Shown piece after piece: positions 1-9,440 of a stretch of 64,000 nucleotides of DNA. Source of the stretch: Opitutia bacterium (GTDB lineage: Bacteria; Verrucomicrobiota; Kiritimatiellia; CAIQIC01; Lenti-01); NCBI GenBank assembly GCA_009928955.1, contig SABN01000001.1:11994-75993 (forward strand). Direction: 5' to 3'. The position numbers and the translations under genes were made by a program. Position 1 is the stretch's first letter. Each line of letters starts with the position of its first letter. The notes under the pieces are model-generated. The model ran no database searches and was not told where the DNA came from. It worked only from the letters and a program-made list of their open reading frames with translations.

Positions 1-823
1 CCACGAAGTGGTGGGCCGGGTCGGCCACGCGGGCGCGGCGGTGAAGCATCTGGCGGTCGGCCAGACCGTCGGGCTGGGCTGGAACTCCCGGTTCTGCAAC
101 GACTGTGTTTCTTGCCGCGCGGGCGACCACAACTTCTGCCCCGCGGGGCAAGGCACCATCGTCGGGCACCATGGCGGATTCGCCGACCAGGTGCGCGCGG
201 CGGCCAACAGCGTGGTGCCCATTCCGGCGGGCGTGGATCTGGAGTCGGCCGGACCTCTGTTCTGCGGCGGCGTCACCGTCTTCAATCCGCTGGTCCAGTT
301 CGGCGTCAAGCCCACCGACCAGGTGGCGGTGATCGGCATCGGGGGGCTGGGCCACATGGCGCTGATGTTCCTCCATGCCTGGGGCTGCGAAACGACGGCG
401 TTCACCTCCAGCGAGGCCAAGCGGAAGGAAGCGCTGGGCCTGGGGGCGGACCATACCTTGAATTCCCGCGACGCGAAGGAGATCCAGGCGGCGGCCGGGC
501 GCTTCGATTTCATCCTCTCCACGGTGAACGTGAAGCTGGATTGGAACCTCTATCTGGCCACCTTGAAGCCCCGGGGACGCCTGCATTTCGTCGGCGCCAC
601 GCTGGCCCCTCTGGACATCGGCGTGTTTTCCCTGATGACGGGGCAGCATTCGGTGTCCGCCTCGCCGGTCGGCAGCCCGGCCACCATCGCGAAGATGCTG
701 GAATTCACCCAGCGCCACCACCTCCAGCCGGTGATCGAGAAATTCCGGTTCGCGGACGTCAACGCGGCGCTGGCGCGGTTGCGCAGCGGCCAAGCCCATT
801 ATCGCGTGGTGCTGTGCCGCTGA
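1..823 (+). CDS. Zn-dependent NAD(P) alcohol dehydrogenase (cinnamyl-ADH/YahK-like), 5' end outside window
   Basis: The frame is open to position 2, and the first codons read HEVVGRV (GHE zinc-ligand region). It has a structural-Zn Cys cluster (CNDCVSCRAGDHNFC) and a GIGGLGH Rossmann motif. The stop is at 821-823. Confidence 0.9.
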   Translation, partial: HEVVGRVGHAGAAVKHLAVGQTVGLGWNSRFCNDCVSCRAGDHNFCPAGQGTIVGHHGGFADQVRAAANSVVPIPAGVDLESAGPLFCGGVTVFNPLVQFGVKPTDQVAVIGIGGLGHMALMFLHAWGCETTAFTSSEAKRKEALGLGADHTLNSRDAKEIQAAAGRFDFILSTVNVKLDWNLYLATLKPRGRLHFVGATLAPLDIGVFSLMTGQHSVSASPVGSPATIAKMLEFTQRHHLQPVIEKFRFADVNAALARLRSGQAHYRVVLCR

Positions 824-947
824 CCCCCGCCCTTCCCCCGGGTCCGGCGATTCCGGATTGCCTCGCCGGCCGCTTTTCCCCATATTGCGCCCCGGGATGT
901 CGCACGGGCGGGAAGTCCGGCGCGGCGAAGCAAAACCAAAGGAGCGG

Positions 948-1598
948 ATGATGAAGAAGTTGGCGATCGGCTGTGGAATCGTGGCGATGCTGTTGACGCT
1001 GGCGATCGGGTTGGGCTCTTGTTTTCTATTTTCCAAGGCCAAGCAATTCGTGGGCGGGTATGCCCAGTTGGCGGAAATCCCCGCCTTGAATGAACAGATC
1101 CACAACCGGTCCGCGTTTGCACCGCCGGAAGATGGCCGCATGCAGGCCCGGCAGATCGAGCGCTACATGGCCGTGCAGCGCGGGATGCACGACCGGCTGG
1201 GCGAACGGTTCAAGCAGCTGAACGAAAAGTATGGCCAGCTCTCGCGCGATCTCGAACAGAAGGGCCGCGAAGCGAACCTGGGCGAATCGCTGGGGGCGAT
1301 GAACGATCTGCTGGCCGTGCTGATGGAGGCCAAGCGCGCGCAGGTGGACGCCTTGAACGCTTCGGGCCTCTCCTACGACGAGTACCAGTGGATCCGCCAG
1401 CAAACCCTCATCGCGCTGGGTCAGGGCCTGGCCGGCTTCAACTTGGAGACCTTGGCGGGCGATCCCTCGAAGCGGTCAACCGTCCTCGCGGTGCCGACCG
1501 AACTGGATCCCCAGATGCTGAAGCATAACCGCGCGCTCCTGACGCCCTATGAAGACACCATGGATCAATGGCTGGCGCTGAGCTTCTTCGGCCTGTAA
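948..1598 (+). CDS. hypothetical membrane-anchored protein
   Basis: An AAAGGAG RBS lies a few nt before ATG 948. The N-terminal hydrophobic segment is MMKKLAIGCGIVAMLLTLAIGLGSCF. I recognise no family. The longer track ORF from 858 is less likely. Confidence 0.55.
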   Translation: MMKKLAIGCGIVAMLLTLAIGLGSCFLFSKAKQFVGGYAQLAEIPALNEQIHNRSAFAPPEDGRMQARQIERYMAVQRGMHDRLGERFKQLNEKYGQLSRDLEQKGREANLGESLGAMNDLLAVLMEAKRAQVDALNASGLSYDEYQWIRQQTLIALGQGLAGFNLETLAGDPSKRSTVLAVPTELDPQMLKHNRALLTPYEDTMDQWLALSFFGL

Positions 1599-1662
1599 GG
1601 CGTTTCCTGCGTCCAACCTCTCTTGGCAGCTGATCCGCGGGAAGCGAAAGCGGTGGCGCTCC

Positions 1663-4158
1663 ATGAATCCCCGATTCAAATCCTATCCGGAATGGCTGGA
1701 GGCGCGGCGGACCGCCCTGTCCCGCGGAGGGCTTGGACTGGACGGCGGCGAACCCGGCCGCCCGGACCCCGCCGGATTTGAAAAGGCCCGGCTCCGGATC
1801 CTGATCTGCCGGCTGTCGCCCTACGACGACGTGCTGGCGTCCATCACCCATCGCGTCCTGCTGGCTGCGGCGCAGGCCGTGCCGGGGGTCTATGCGGATC
1901 TCGCCTTCTTCCCCGCCGAAGCGGATGCCGCGCTCATGCGAAAGGACGGCGTCCCGTTCTGGCTGGCCACCGGCTCGAAACGGGCGCCGGCCGAGTTCGA
2001 CGTGGTGGCGATCAGCCTGTCCGTCCAGCAGGAGGCCCTCAACCTTCCGGCGGCCTTGCAGGAATCCGGCTTGCGGCTGGATTTCGCCGGGCGCATGGCG
2101 GAGGCTCGGCATCCCTGGGTCATCCTCGGCGGCCATGGGGCCGCTTCGGTGCCGTTCGCGCATGGCGACGCCGGTGGTCCCGGCACGGGCGGACTCGTCG
2201 ACGCCGTTTGCCTGGGCGACGGCGTCACGTGGCTCCAGGAATTCCTCCGGCGCTTGATCGCGGAAAAGATGGCCGGACGCCCCAAGCAAGAGTTTCTGGC
2301 TTCCTTGGCGCGGGAGTTGCCTGGCACCTACGTGCCCGCGCTCTACCGGCATTCGGTCCGGGACAACCAGCTGGTTTCCATCGAGCCCCTCTTCCCCGGC
2401 CTCCCTCTGCCGGTCGTATTCCGCCAAGACCCGATGGAGGTCTGGCTGAAGGAGTACGACGGCGCGTTCATTCCGTTTTCGGAAGAAGAAACCGAGGAGA
2501 CGCTTCCGCTTTCGGCGGGATGCGCCTACCGGTGCCGGTTCTGCCAAACCGGATGGATGCGGGGCGAATTCTCCGCCGCCGCGCGGGATTCCTTGGTGGG
2601 CGCCGCCGTCCGGTTCAAGGCCGCCATGGTCAATTCCGACCTGAACCTTCTGGCGTCGGACGCCTGCAGCGTGGCCGGCCTCGAGAATATCTTGGATTCC
2701 CTCTGTCCGCTGTTCCGCCAGGTCTCCGTCAAGAGCCTGTCCGTTTCCAGCCTGGTCCGCCGGCCAGAATCCTTCCGCCTGCTGCGGAAACTCGCCAAGC
2801 ATGAATTCACCTTCGGCGTGGAGGGCGTCAGCGCGCGACTCCGGGCCTACCTCGGGAAACCGGCCACGGCCCGCGACCTGATCCAAATCGCGGGGAGCCT
2901 GGCCGACGGCGGCTTGCGCCAATTGAAACTGTTCTTCATCGTCACCGGCCTTGAAGAAGAGCGCGATCTGGAGGAACTGGAGCTTCTCCTGAAAAACCTC
3001 CACGCCAAGGTTCCCGCCTGCCGGATCATCGCCAGTTTCATGCCGCTGTTCCATGCGCCGTTCACGCCCCTGCAGTTCGCCCCCGTCCGCGCCTTGTCCG
3101 GGGAGATGGAACGCGCCTTGTCCTCCTTGTTCCGGCATGCCGGCGCGGAATTCCGCTGGAGCGCACACCCCGATGAAATCGCGCTGATGAACCGCCTGTG
3201 CCGGACGGGCCGGGCCGCCACCCCCGCGCTGGTCCATTTCTCCATCCAGCGGGGCCTGCGCTATCCTCAAAAACCGAATCCCGGCCTGATCCGGGAACTG
3301 ACGGGCGCCTTGCCGGCCGAAGCCGGGGAAAAGAATGGCGAATCCGTCTTTCCGTGGAGCGACATCCGCGCCTCGGCCGATCCCGCAACGCTTTGGCGGT
3401 CCTATCGAAAGGCGCTCCAGGAACTGTCGGCGGCTCCGGAGACGGATTCCGCCAGCCTTGCGGCTCCGCTTCGGCCGGGGCCCTCGCCAAACGTCCCGCC
3501 CGGCGAACCGGAACGGTTCTTTTTCTGGGCCCGGGTCCGGCCGGAACAAGCGCGTCATCCGGACCATGTCATCGCAAGAACCTATTTCCGGAATGGGTTC
3601 GCGGAATGGCCAGACGGAGTCGCCGCCTATCTCGGAAGTCCCCGGTTGCTGCGTCCGCCCGGCGCGGCCGGCCTGGTCCTGGCGTCCGCCGAGTTTCCGC
3701 GCGGAACGCGAATCCCTGCGAAAAGCAACCTCATGGAAAAAACGGCTTTCCCGGATGTCCGGGAGGGATCATTGCTGTTCGGCGTTCGATGGCCGGGCGC
3801 CGAACCGGCGCAGATCCTCCTGAAGCGGCTCAAAGAAGGCCGGGTCAAATTCCAGACCCTTCGGCACGGGGCGAGCCGCTGGCACGTCGTGGAGCGCACG
3901 TTCCGCGCCAAGACGGGCATCACCGCTTTGCGGGAAGACGATGGACAGACCGAGCTGTTCTGCCATCGGCGCCCGGCGCTTCCGGGATTCGATCTCGCGG
4001 CCCGCGCCGGTCCGGCGGGCGCCACCTTCGCCCTCCTGGCCAAAGCCGATTCTCCCTGTCCGGTCTGCAAGGGCGTCCGTTTCCAGACGCTGAAATCCAT
4101 CGACGCCGAAACCCCGCCGGCCTGCTTCGACTGCCTGGCGAAACCGGTCCGGAGCTGA
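1663..4158 (+). CDS. radical SAM protein (B12-binding-like N-domain + rSAM core) fused to a DUF2344-like C-terminal domain
   Basis: It is an 831-aa ORF with a CxxxCxxC motif (CAYRCRFC). The overall layout resembles the widespread TIGR03960/TIGR03936-type pair, here fused. That assignment is family recall from memory and was not searched. Confidence 0.72.
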   Translation: MNPRFKSYPEWLEARRTALSRGGLGLDGGEPGRPDPAGFEKARLRILICRLSPYDDVLASITHRVLLAAAQAVPGVYADLAFFPAEADAALMRKDGVPFWLATGSKRAPAEFDVVAISLSVQQEALNLPAALQESGLRLDFAGRMAEARHPWVILGGHGAASVPFAHGDAGGPGTGGLVDAVCLGDGVTWLQEFLRRLIAEKMAGRPKQEFLASLARELPGTYVPALYRHSVRDNQLVSIEPLFPGLPLPVVFRQDPMEVWLKEYDGAFIPFSEEETEETLPLSAGCAYRCRFCQTGWMRGEFSAAARDSLVGAAVRFKAAMVNSDLNLLASDACSVAGLENILDSLCPLFRQVSVKSLSVSSLVRRPESFRLLRKLAKHEFTFGVEGVSARLRAYLGKPATARDLIQIAGSLADGGLRQLKLFFIVTGLEEERDLEELELLLKNLHAKVPACRIIASFMPLFHAPFTPLQFAPVRALSGEMERALSSLFRHAGAEFRWSAHPDEIALMNRLCRTGRAATPALVHFSIQRGLRYPQKPNPGLIRELTGALPAEAGEKNGESVFPWSDIRASADPATLWRSYRKALQELSAAPETDSASLAAPLRPGPSPNVPPGEPERFFFWARVRPEQARHPDHVIARTYFRNGFAEWPDGVAAYLGSPRLLRPPGAAGLVLASAEFPRGTRIPAKSNLMEKTAFPDVREGSLLFGVRWPGAEPAQILLKRLKEGRVKFQTLRHGASRWHVVERTFRAKTGITALREDDGQTELFCHRRPALPGFDLAARAGPAGATFALLAKADSPCPVCKGVRFQTLKSIDAETPPACFDCLAKPVRS

Positions 4159-4164
4159 TTCCGG

Positions 4165-4701
4165 ATGAAAACAGTCGCGATCTTCACGGACGGAGCCTGC
4201 TCGGGAAATCCCGGGCCGGGAGGCTGCGCGGCGGTGATCCGGTGCGGCGACCAGCGCCAGGAACTCTCGCGGGGCTACCGGCGGACGACCAACAACCGGA
4301 TGGAATTGTCGGGCGCGATCCTCGCGCTGCGGGAGCTGAAAGACCGCTGCGCCGTGGAGATCACCACCGATTCGACCTACGTGATGAACGCCTTCCAGGA
4401 AGGCTGGATCCGGCGCTGGAAGGCGAACGGCTGGCGGACGGCTTCGAAACAGGCCGTGCAAAACATCGACCTCTGGATGCAACTCGACGCCGAGTTGGCC
4501 CGGCACGATTTCCGGTTCCGCTGGGTCAAGGGCCACGGCGACCATCCGGAAAACAACCGCTGCGACGCGCTGGCGGTGGCCGCCGCGAAAGGAGCGGACC
4601 TGCTCGTCGACGCCGAATATGAGCAGGACCACCCCCTCCCGACGGAAGGCCAAGGGCCGGTCCGGACCGTGAAACGCGGCGAGACCTTCGAATTGTTCTA
4701 G
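4165..4701 (+). CDS. rnhA: ribonuclease HI
   Basis: The N-terminus IFTDGACSGNPGPGG plus TTNNRMEL and ITTDSTYV are classic RNase H motifs. Confidence 0.9.
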   Translation: MKTVAIFTDGACSGNPGPGGCAAVIRCGDQRQELSRGYRRTTNNRMELSGAILALRELKDRCAVEITTDSTYVMNAFQEGWIRRWKANGWRTASKQAVQNIDLWMQLDAELARHDFRFRWVKGHGDHPENNRCDALAVAAAKGADLLVDAEYEQDHPLPTEGQGPVRTVKRGETFELF

Positions 4702-4725
4702 GCCCCCTCTCCGGAGCTGCCCCGG

Positions 4726-5082
4726 CTACAGTTCCGTGTACTTCTTGGCGGACCCCTTGGACTTGCGAACCGGGTACTTGCGGGCATTGACCCGGATCTT
4801 CTTGCGGATCTCCACCGGCAGGTCCAGATCCATGCGATCGGCCAGCAGGAGCGCATAATTGACGACGTCGGCCAGCTCTTCCGCGATGGCCTTGCGCCGG
4901 GCTTTGTCATGGATGCGGGCCTCGCATTCCGCATCCGTGCACCACAGGAATTGCTCCTGCAGTTCGGCGGCCTCGATGGCGAGGCCGGCCACCAGGTTCT
5001 TGGGCGTGTGGAATTGCTTCCAGTCCCGCGCATCGCGAAACGCCACGACCTCGTCGCGCAGACTTCTCCAATCGTTTTTCAT
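4726..5082 (-). CDS. MazG-like nucleotide pyrophosphohydrolase
   Basis: The 118-aa ORF reads FRDARDWKQFHTPKNLVAGLAIEAAELQEQFLW and EELADVVNYALLLA, typical of small MazG/dCTPase-like proteins. Confidence 0.8.
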   Translation of the reverse strand: MKNDWRSLRDEVVAFRDARDWKQFHTPKNLVAGLAIEAAELQEQFLWCTDAECEARIHDKARRKAIAEELADVVNYALLLADRMDLDLPVEIRKKIRVNARKYPVRKSKGSAKKYTEL

Positions 5083-5264
5083 CGATCACCTTCCCTCAGC
5101 ATGCCATTGCGGATTCGAATCGCCTGAATCTAGCAGGGGACCTCCGTCCGCGCCAGCCCGAAGCCGGTTCCCCGCGAACGGCTCGCGCATGGACGGCTTC
5201 CCTGCCTTCTCGCATGCAAAAGGGAATTGATAATCCCGCCCAGAACCGTCAAATTCCCGCCCCG

Positions 5265-6479
5265 ATGCACTCCGAATATGAATTCAGTTCCGTCGCCCCC
5301 GCCGACCGCCGTGGATTCGGCGCCCTGCTGGTCATCATGCTGGGGTTCACCTTCTTTTCCGCCAGCATGTGGGCGGGGGCCACGCTGGGCAATGGCCTGC
5401 CCGCGTCGACTTTTCTGCTCGCCGTCCTCGCGGGGAATCTCCTGCTGGGAACCTATACGGGCTTGCTGGCGCATATCGCGGCCCAAACAGGGCTTTCCAC
5501 GCATCTGCTGGCCCGCCGCGCCTTCGGGCAAACGGGGGCGATCCTGCCGTCGATGCTGCTGGGCGTGACGCAGGTGGGCTGGTTCGGCGTGGGCGTGGCC
5601 ATGTTCGCCCTGCCCGTCGCGCAACTGTTTCCGGCGGTTCCCCGCATCGCCCTCATCGCCGTTTCCGGCGCCTGCATGACCGGGACGGCCTACTACGGAA
5701 TCAAATCCCTCACGGTCCTGTCGGTCATCGCCGTGCCGGCCATCGCCATCCTCGGCACCACGTCCATGGCCAAGGCCTTCCAAGATTTCGGCGGCATCGC
5801 CGCCTGGTTCGCCATGGAACCGGCCAACGCCCTGCCCCTCACCGCGGCCATCGGCATGTGCGTGGGTTCGTTCATCTCCGGCGGGACGCTCACGCCCGAC
5901 TTCACGCGCTATGCGCGGACTCCGCGCATCGCGGTCTCCTCGACCGTCATCGCCTTCCTGCTCGGCAATTCGCTCATGTTCCTCTTCGGCGCGGTCGCCT
6001 CCGCGTTCTACCAGACCAACGACATCTCGGAAGCCCTGATGAAGCAAGGCATGATCGGCATCGCCGTGCTGGTGCTGGGCCTGAACATCTGGACCACGAA
6101 CGACAACGCGCTTTACGCCGCCAGCCTCGGCTTCGCCACGCTCGCCAACCGCCCCAAGCGGCAATTCGTGCTGATCAACGGCTTCCTCGGCACGGTCTTC
6201 GCCACCGCCGCCTACAACCACTTCGTCCCCTGGCTGAACCTCCTGAACCTGATGCTCCCCTCCATCGGCGCGATCCTGATCCTGGACCATTTCGTGATCC
6301 GCCGCCGCGCCCCGGACGCAATCGATGCGCGCCCCGTCCACTGGGCCGCCATTGCCGCCTGGGCCTGCGGGTTCTGCGCGGCGAAATTCCTCCCCGGCAT
6401 CGCGCCGCTCAACACCCTGCTGGCCGCCTCGGCGGCCTACCTGCTCCTCGCCCGCCGCCCCCGGTCCGCCGCGGGCTGA
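5265..6479 (+). CDS. codB: cytosine/purine permease (CodB family)
   Basis: It is a multi-TM ORF. The N-terminal LVIMLGFTFFSASMWAGATLGNGL closely parallels E. coli CodB. The start was chosen at internal ATG 5265 (MHSEYEF). Confidence 0.8.
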   Translation: MHSEYEFSSVAPADRRGFGALLVIMLGFTFFSASMWAGATLGNGLPASTFLLAVLAGNLLLGTYTGLLAHIAAQTGLSTHLLARRAFGQTGAILPSMLLGVTQVGWFGVGVAMFALPVAQLFPAVPRIALIAVSGACMTGTAYYGIKSLTVLSVIAVPAIAILGTTSMAKAFQDFGGIAAWFAMEPANALPLTAAIGMCVGSFISGGTLTPDFTRYARTPRIAVSSTVIAFLLGNSLMFLFGAVASAFYQTNDISEALMKQGMIGIAVLVLGLNIWTTNDNALYAASLGFATLANRPKRQFVLINGFLGTVFATAAYNHFVPWLNLLNLMLPSIGAILILDHFVIRRRAPDAIDARPVHWAAIAAWACGFCAAKFLPGIAPLNTLLAASAAYLLLARRPRSAAG

Positions 6480-6649
6480 TGCCCCGCCTCGGGACTCGGA
6501 GTCCGAAGCCTTTCCTCGTCCTGCAATCCACTTGACACCCGGAACGAGACAAGGACAATACCCCCATGAATCCACTCCGGTTGGTCATTCTGACCGCCTC
6601 GCTGCTGGGCCTGTTCGTCGTGGCCCAGTCCGGGTTTGCTTGAGGAGGC

Positions 6650-7783
6650 TTGATCAGCTGTCCGCCCACCGACACGAAACTTCGGCGGGATGCGGCTGAA
6701 AGAGCCGTGAGCTCTTACCTGACCGTCAAATGGTGCGATTCCAAACCCGGCGAGATGAAGAAGCCCCCCCCGGGCGCGAGCCCGGCGGAACGGCTTCAAA
6801 TGGCCGTGGATGGCTTTGAGTGCGTCCGGAGTGCGGTCGCCAAGAAGATGCCTTCCGTGCTCTTCGTTTTTTCGGAGGCAAAGGAGAAGCCCCAAGTGGG
6901 GGTGCGCGCCATCTTCAACCCCGATCCCGCCAAGCCGGCCAAGGAAGAACTGACGGCGGCGGCCAAATGCTCGCTGGCCGTCTATCAACGCGTGTTCGAC
7001 AACGTCCAGGAAGTCCCCCTGCGGATCCTGCTGCGGTTCTTCCAGTCCACGCGGGTCGACGTCACCAAGGTTCCCGGCGGCACGCATCCCGACATCTCGG
7101 AGCTGAACGCCCCCGTGGTGTTGATCGTGGACGCGAAGGGAAAGGTGGCGCACGTCCTGGCCAAAACGCGCATCGACTCCCGGTCCCTCTCCCTCGGCAT
7201 GAAGGACGTGCTGGTGAAGGGCGGACTGAGGGATGTCGACACGCTCTGCTCCTCCACGCTCAAACTCATGGACGAAATGGAGGCGGCCTTGGTCGCGAAA
7301 GGCAAGATCGAGGTCAAGATGGGGGAACTCAAGGCTTCGCTCGCCAAATACGAAGACCAAGACCGGAAGCGCCCCAGCAGAACCGGGAAGCCTTCGCCCC
7401 CTTCGGACAGCACCCTCCGGGCCCAGCAAGCGGTGAACCAGTTGCAGGCCACCCTGGATGCGGCTGAAAAATCGTTCGCCGCCCTGAAGGAAAAGGACGC
7501 CGCGATGCTGCGGAAGGCCGGAGTGGACCCGTCAGGGGGACAACCGGCCAGCGGACCCGCACCCGGAACACCGCCGGTTGCCACGACGGCAGGGGCTTCT
7601 CCGGCCATGAGGACCTGGACCAGCGTCAGCGGAAAAACGCTCGAAGGCCGGTTCGCCCAGCTTCAACAAGACCGGGTCATTCTAACCCAGTCCGACGGGA
7701 CGACCGTGCAAATCCCGATCAGCAAGCTTGCCCCCGGGGATCAGGTGGTCGCCCGGCAGTTGGCGACAGCTCAATCCCGGTGA
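6650..7783 (+). CDS. hypothetical secreted protein with C-terminal SHD1-like domain
   Basis: The C-terminus TWTSVSGKTLEGRFAQLQQDRVILTQSDGTTVQIPISKLAPGD is an SHD1-type motif. The start is uncertain. An in-frame signal-peptide ORF (6566-6640) is separated from it only by TGA 6641-6643, and ATG 6755 is an alternative start. Confidence 0.6.
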   Translation: MISCPPTDTKLRRDAAERAVSSYLTVKWCDSKPGEMKKPPPGASPAERLQMAVDGFECVRSAVAKKMPSVLFVFSEAKEKPQVGVRAIFNPDPAKPAKEELTAAAKCSLAVYQRVFDNVQEVPLRILLRFFQSTRVDVTKVPGGTHPDISELNAPVVLIVDAKGKVAHVLAKTRIDSRSLSLGMKDVLVKGGLRDVDTLCSSTLKLMDEMEAALVAKGKIEVKMGELKASLAKYEDQDRKRPSRTGKPSPPSDSTLRAQQAVNQLQATLDAAEKSFAALKEKDAAMLRKAGVDPSGGQPASGPAPGTPPVATTAGASPAMRTWTSVSGKTLEGRFAQLQQDRVILTQSDGTTVQIPISKLAPGDQVVARQLATAQSR

Positions 7784-7832
7784 AACGGGAGTCCCCATCG
7801 GCGCTTCCCGCTCCCATTCCCGTTCCCGTCGA

Positions 7833-7860
7833 TTATCCACACTTTATAAAGTGTTGATAA
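7833..7860. promoter_or_regulatory. AT-rich 28-bp near-perfect palindrome containing a consensus DnaA box
   Basis: The sequence is ttatccacactttataaagtgttgataa. TTATCCACA (7833-7841) faces an inverted 8/9 copy (TTATCAACA). It lies in the convergent intergenic gap between 7783 and 7932. Confidence 0.4.
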
Positions 7861-7931
7861 CGGGATTTTCCTCGGCGGGAAAGGCGCCCGCCCGGAATCG
7901 ACCCGCAAGCAACGCGGGGGGAATGACCCGC

Positions 7932-9440
7932 CTACAGGCCTTCGGCGAGGGCGGCGCGGATGACTTCGCGGTCGTCGAAGTGCGTCATGCGGCCGGCGAT
8001 TTCCTGGTAGGTCTCGTGGCCCTTGCCCGCGACGAGGACGGTGTCGCCCGCGCGGGAGGTCTGGAGCGCGGCGCGGATGGCCTTGGCGCGGTCGGGCTCG
8101 ACGTGATGCGGCTTGTTCCGATCCATCCCCGGCAGGATTTCCGCGAGGATGGCCAGGGGATCCTCGTTGCGGGGGTTGTCGCTGCTGACGATGGCGAAAT
8201 CTGCGAACTCCGAAACGGCGGCGCCCATGCGCGGCCGCTTGGACCGGTCGCGGTTTCCGCCGCAGCCGAAGACGCAGATCAAGCGGCCGGACGCGGTTTC
8301 GCGCAGGGTCTGCAGCACGTTGCGGAGGGCGTCCTCGCTGTGGGCGTAGTCCACGAAGACATGGCGGGTTCCGCGCGGATCCGCGATGCGTTCGAGGCGC
8401 CCGGGCACGGAGGACATCTTCGAAAGCGCGGAGGCCATGGCGTCGAGCGGAACGCCGAGGGCGCCGCAAACGGACATCGCGCCGAGCGCGTTCGAGACGT
8501 TGAAGCGCCCGGCGAGCCCCAGATCCACGCGGATCTCGCCCCACGGGGTGACGGCCCGGAAGCCGGAGTCTTTTTCCGAGAGGTGAATGTCTTCGGCGCG
8601 CACTTGGGCGTCCGGATGGCAGCCGAAGGTGAGCCGATGCCCGGCGAGGAACGGTTCGGCGGCGAGCCGGCGGCCATAGGGGTCGTCGATGTTCACGGCG
8701 GCGGGAGCGCCGGGCGAGTCCGCCGCCAGCGCCTCGAACAGGCGCTTCTTGGCGTCGAAATAGGCCTCCATCGTCTTGTGGAAATCCAGATGGTCGACGG
8801 TCAGGTTGGTGAAGACGGCGGCGGCGAAGCGGGTGCCGCGCAGGCGCTCGGCGGCGAGGCCTTGCGAAGAAACCTCCATCGCCACGGCCTGGTCGCCGGC
8901 CTGGAGCGCCTCGGAAAAGATGCGCTGGAGATCAAGCGACTCGGGCGTGGTGCGCGTGGCGGAGATGAGCCGCTCGCCGAATTCATATTGGATCGTGCCG
9001 ATGATCCCGCACGGGATGCCGGCCGCGCGCAGGATGTCGCGAACCATGAACACGGTGGTGGTCTTGCCGTTGGTGCCCGTGACCCCCACCACCTGGAGCT
9101 TCTTCGACGGGTGGCCATGGAATTCAGCGGCCACGTCGGCCATCGCCGTCCGCGCGCACTCCACGCAGACGCTCGGCCGATCGCGCGGCGGACGCATGCC
9201 TTTTTCGTGCAATACGGCGGCCGCGCCGCGCCGCGCCGCGTCTTCGATGAACAGCCCCCCGTCGGTTTTCTCGCCGGGCAGCGCGAAAAACAAGCTGCCC
9301 GGCCGGACCGCGCGCGAATCGCAGGCCAAGGACGTGATCTCCGTCGCCGCCGCTCCGTCCGGCACGGGGGCGGGCACCCCCTTGAGCAGGCGGCCGAGCT
9401 TCACCGAACGGACCGGCTTGTCGCGCGCCTCCTGGTTCAT
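7932..9440 (-). CDS. murE: UDP-N-acetylmuramoyl-L-alanyl-D-glutamate--2,6-diaminopimelate ligase
   Basis: The start is at the in-frame ATG (MNQEARDK...). It has the Mur ligase P-loop GVTGTNGKTT and the DNPR motif. The ATGA overlaps the ftsI stop at 9437-9440. The upstream part of the 761-aa track ORF is Arg/Pro-rich noise. Confidence 0.92.
   Translation of the reverse strand: MNQEARDKPVRSVKLGRLLKGVPAPVPDGAAATEITSLACDSRAVRPGSLFFALPGEKTDGGLFIEDAARRGAAAVLHEKGMRPPRDRPSVCVECARTAMADVAAEFHGHPSKKLQVVGVTGTNGKTTTVFMVRDILRAAGIPCGIIGTIQYEFGERLISATRTTPESLDLQRIFSEALQAGDQAVAMEVSSQGLAAERLRGTRFAAAVFTNLTVDHLDFHKTMEAYFDAKKRLFEALAADSPGAPAAVNIDDPYGRRLAAEPFLAGHRLTFGCHPDAQVRAEDIHLSEKDSGFRAVTPWGEIRVDLGLAGRFNVSNALGAMSVCGALGVPLDAMASALSKMSSVPGRLERIADPRGTRHVFVDYAHSEDALRNVLQTLRETASGRLICVFGCGGNRDRSKRPRMGAAVSEFADFAIVSSDNPRNEDPLAILAEILPGMDRNKPHHVEPDRAKAIRAALQTSRAGDTVLVAGKGHETYQEIAGRMTHFDDREVIRAALAEGL

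Noticed and set aside
1438-3567. Very long ORFs antisense or out of frame to recognised genes. Examples: 1438-3567(-), 5130-6575(-), 18232-20673(+), 18461-20659(-), 36805-38907(+), 39103-41925(+), 45681-48080(+), 50178-52157(+), 59276-61159(+).
   Set aside because: Their translations are Arg/Pro/Gly/Ala-rich low-complexity strings, typical of non-coding frames in high-GC DNA. Each fully overlaps a gene with clear family motifs on the other strand or frame.
7833-7860. The DnaA-box palindrome as a replication origin.
   Set aside because: There are only two boxes and no cluster. There is no AT-rich unwinding element beyond the palindrome and no dnaA/dnaN context. It lies in a convergent terminator gap.
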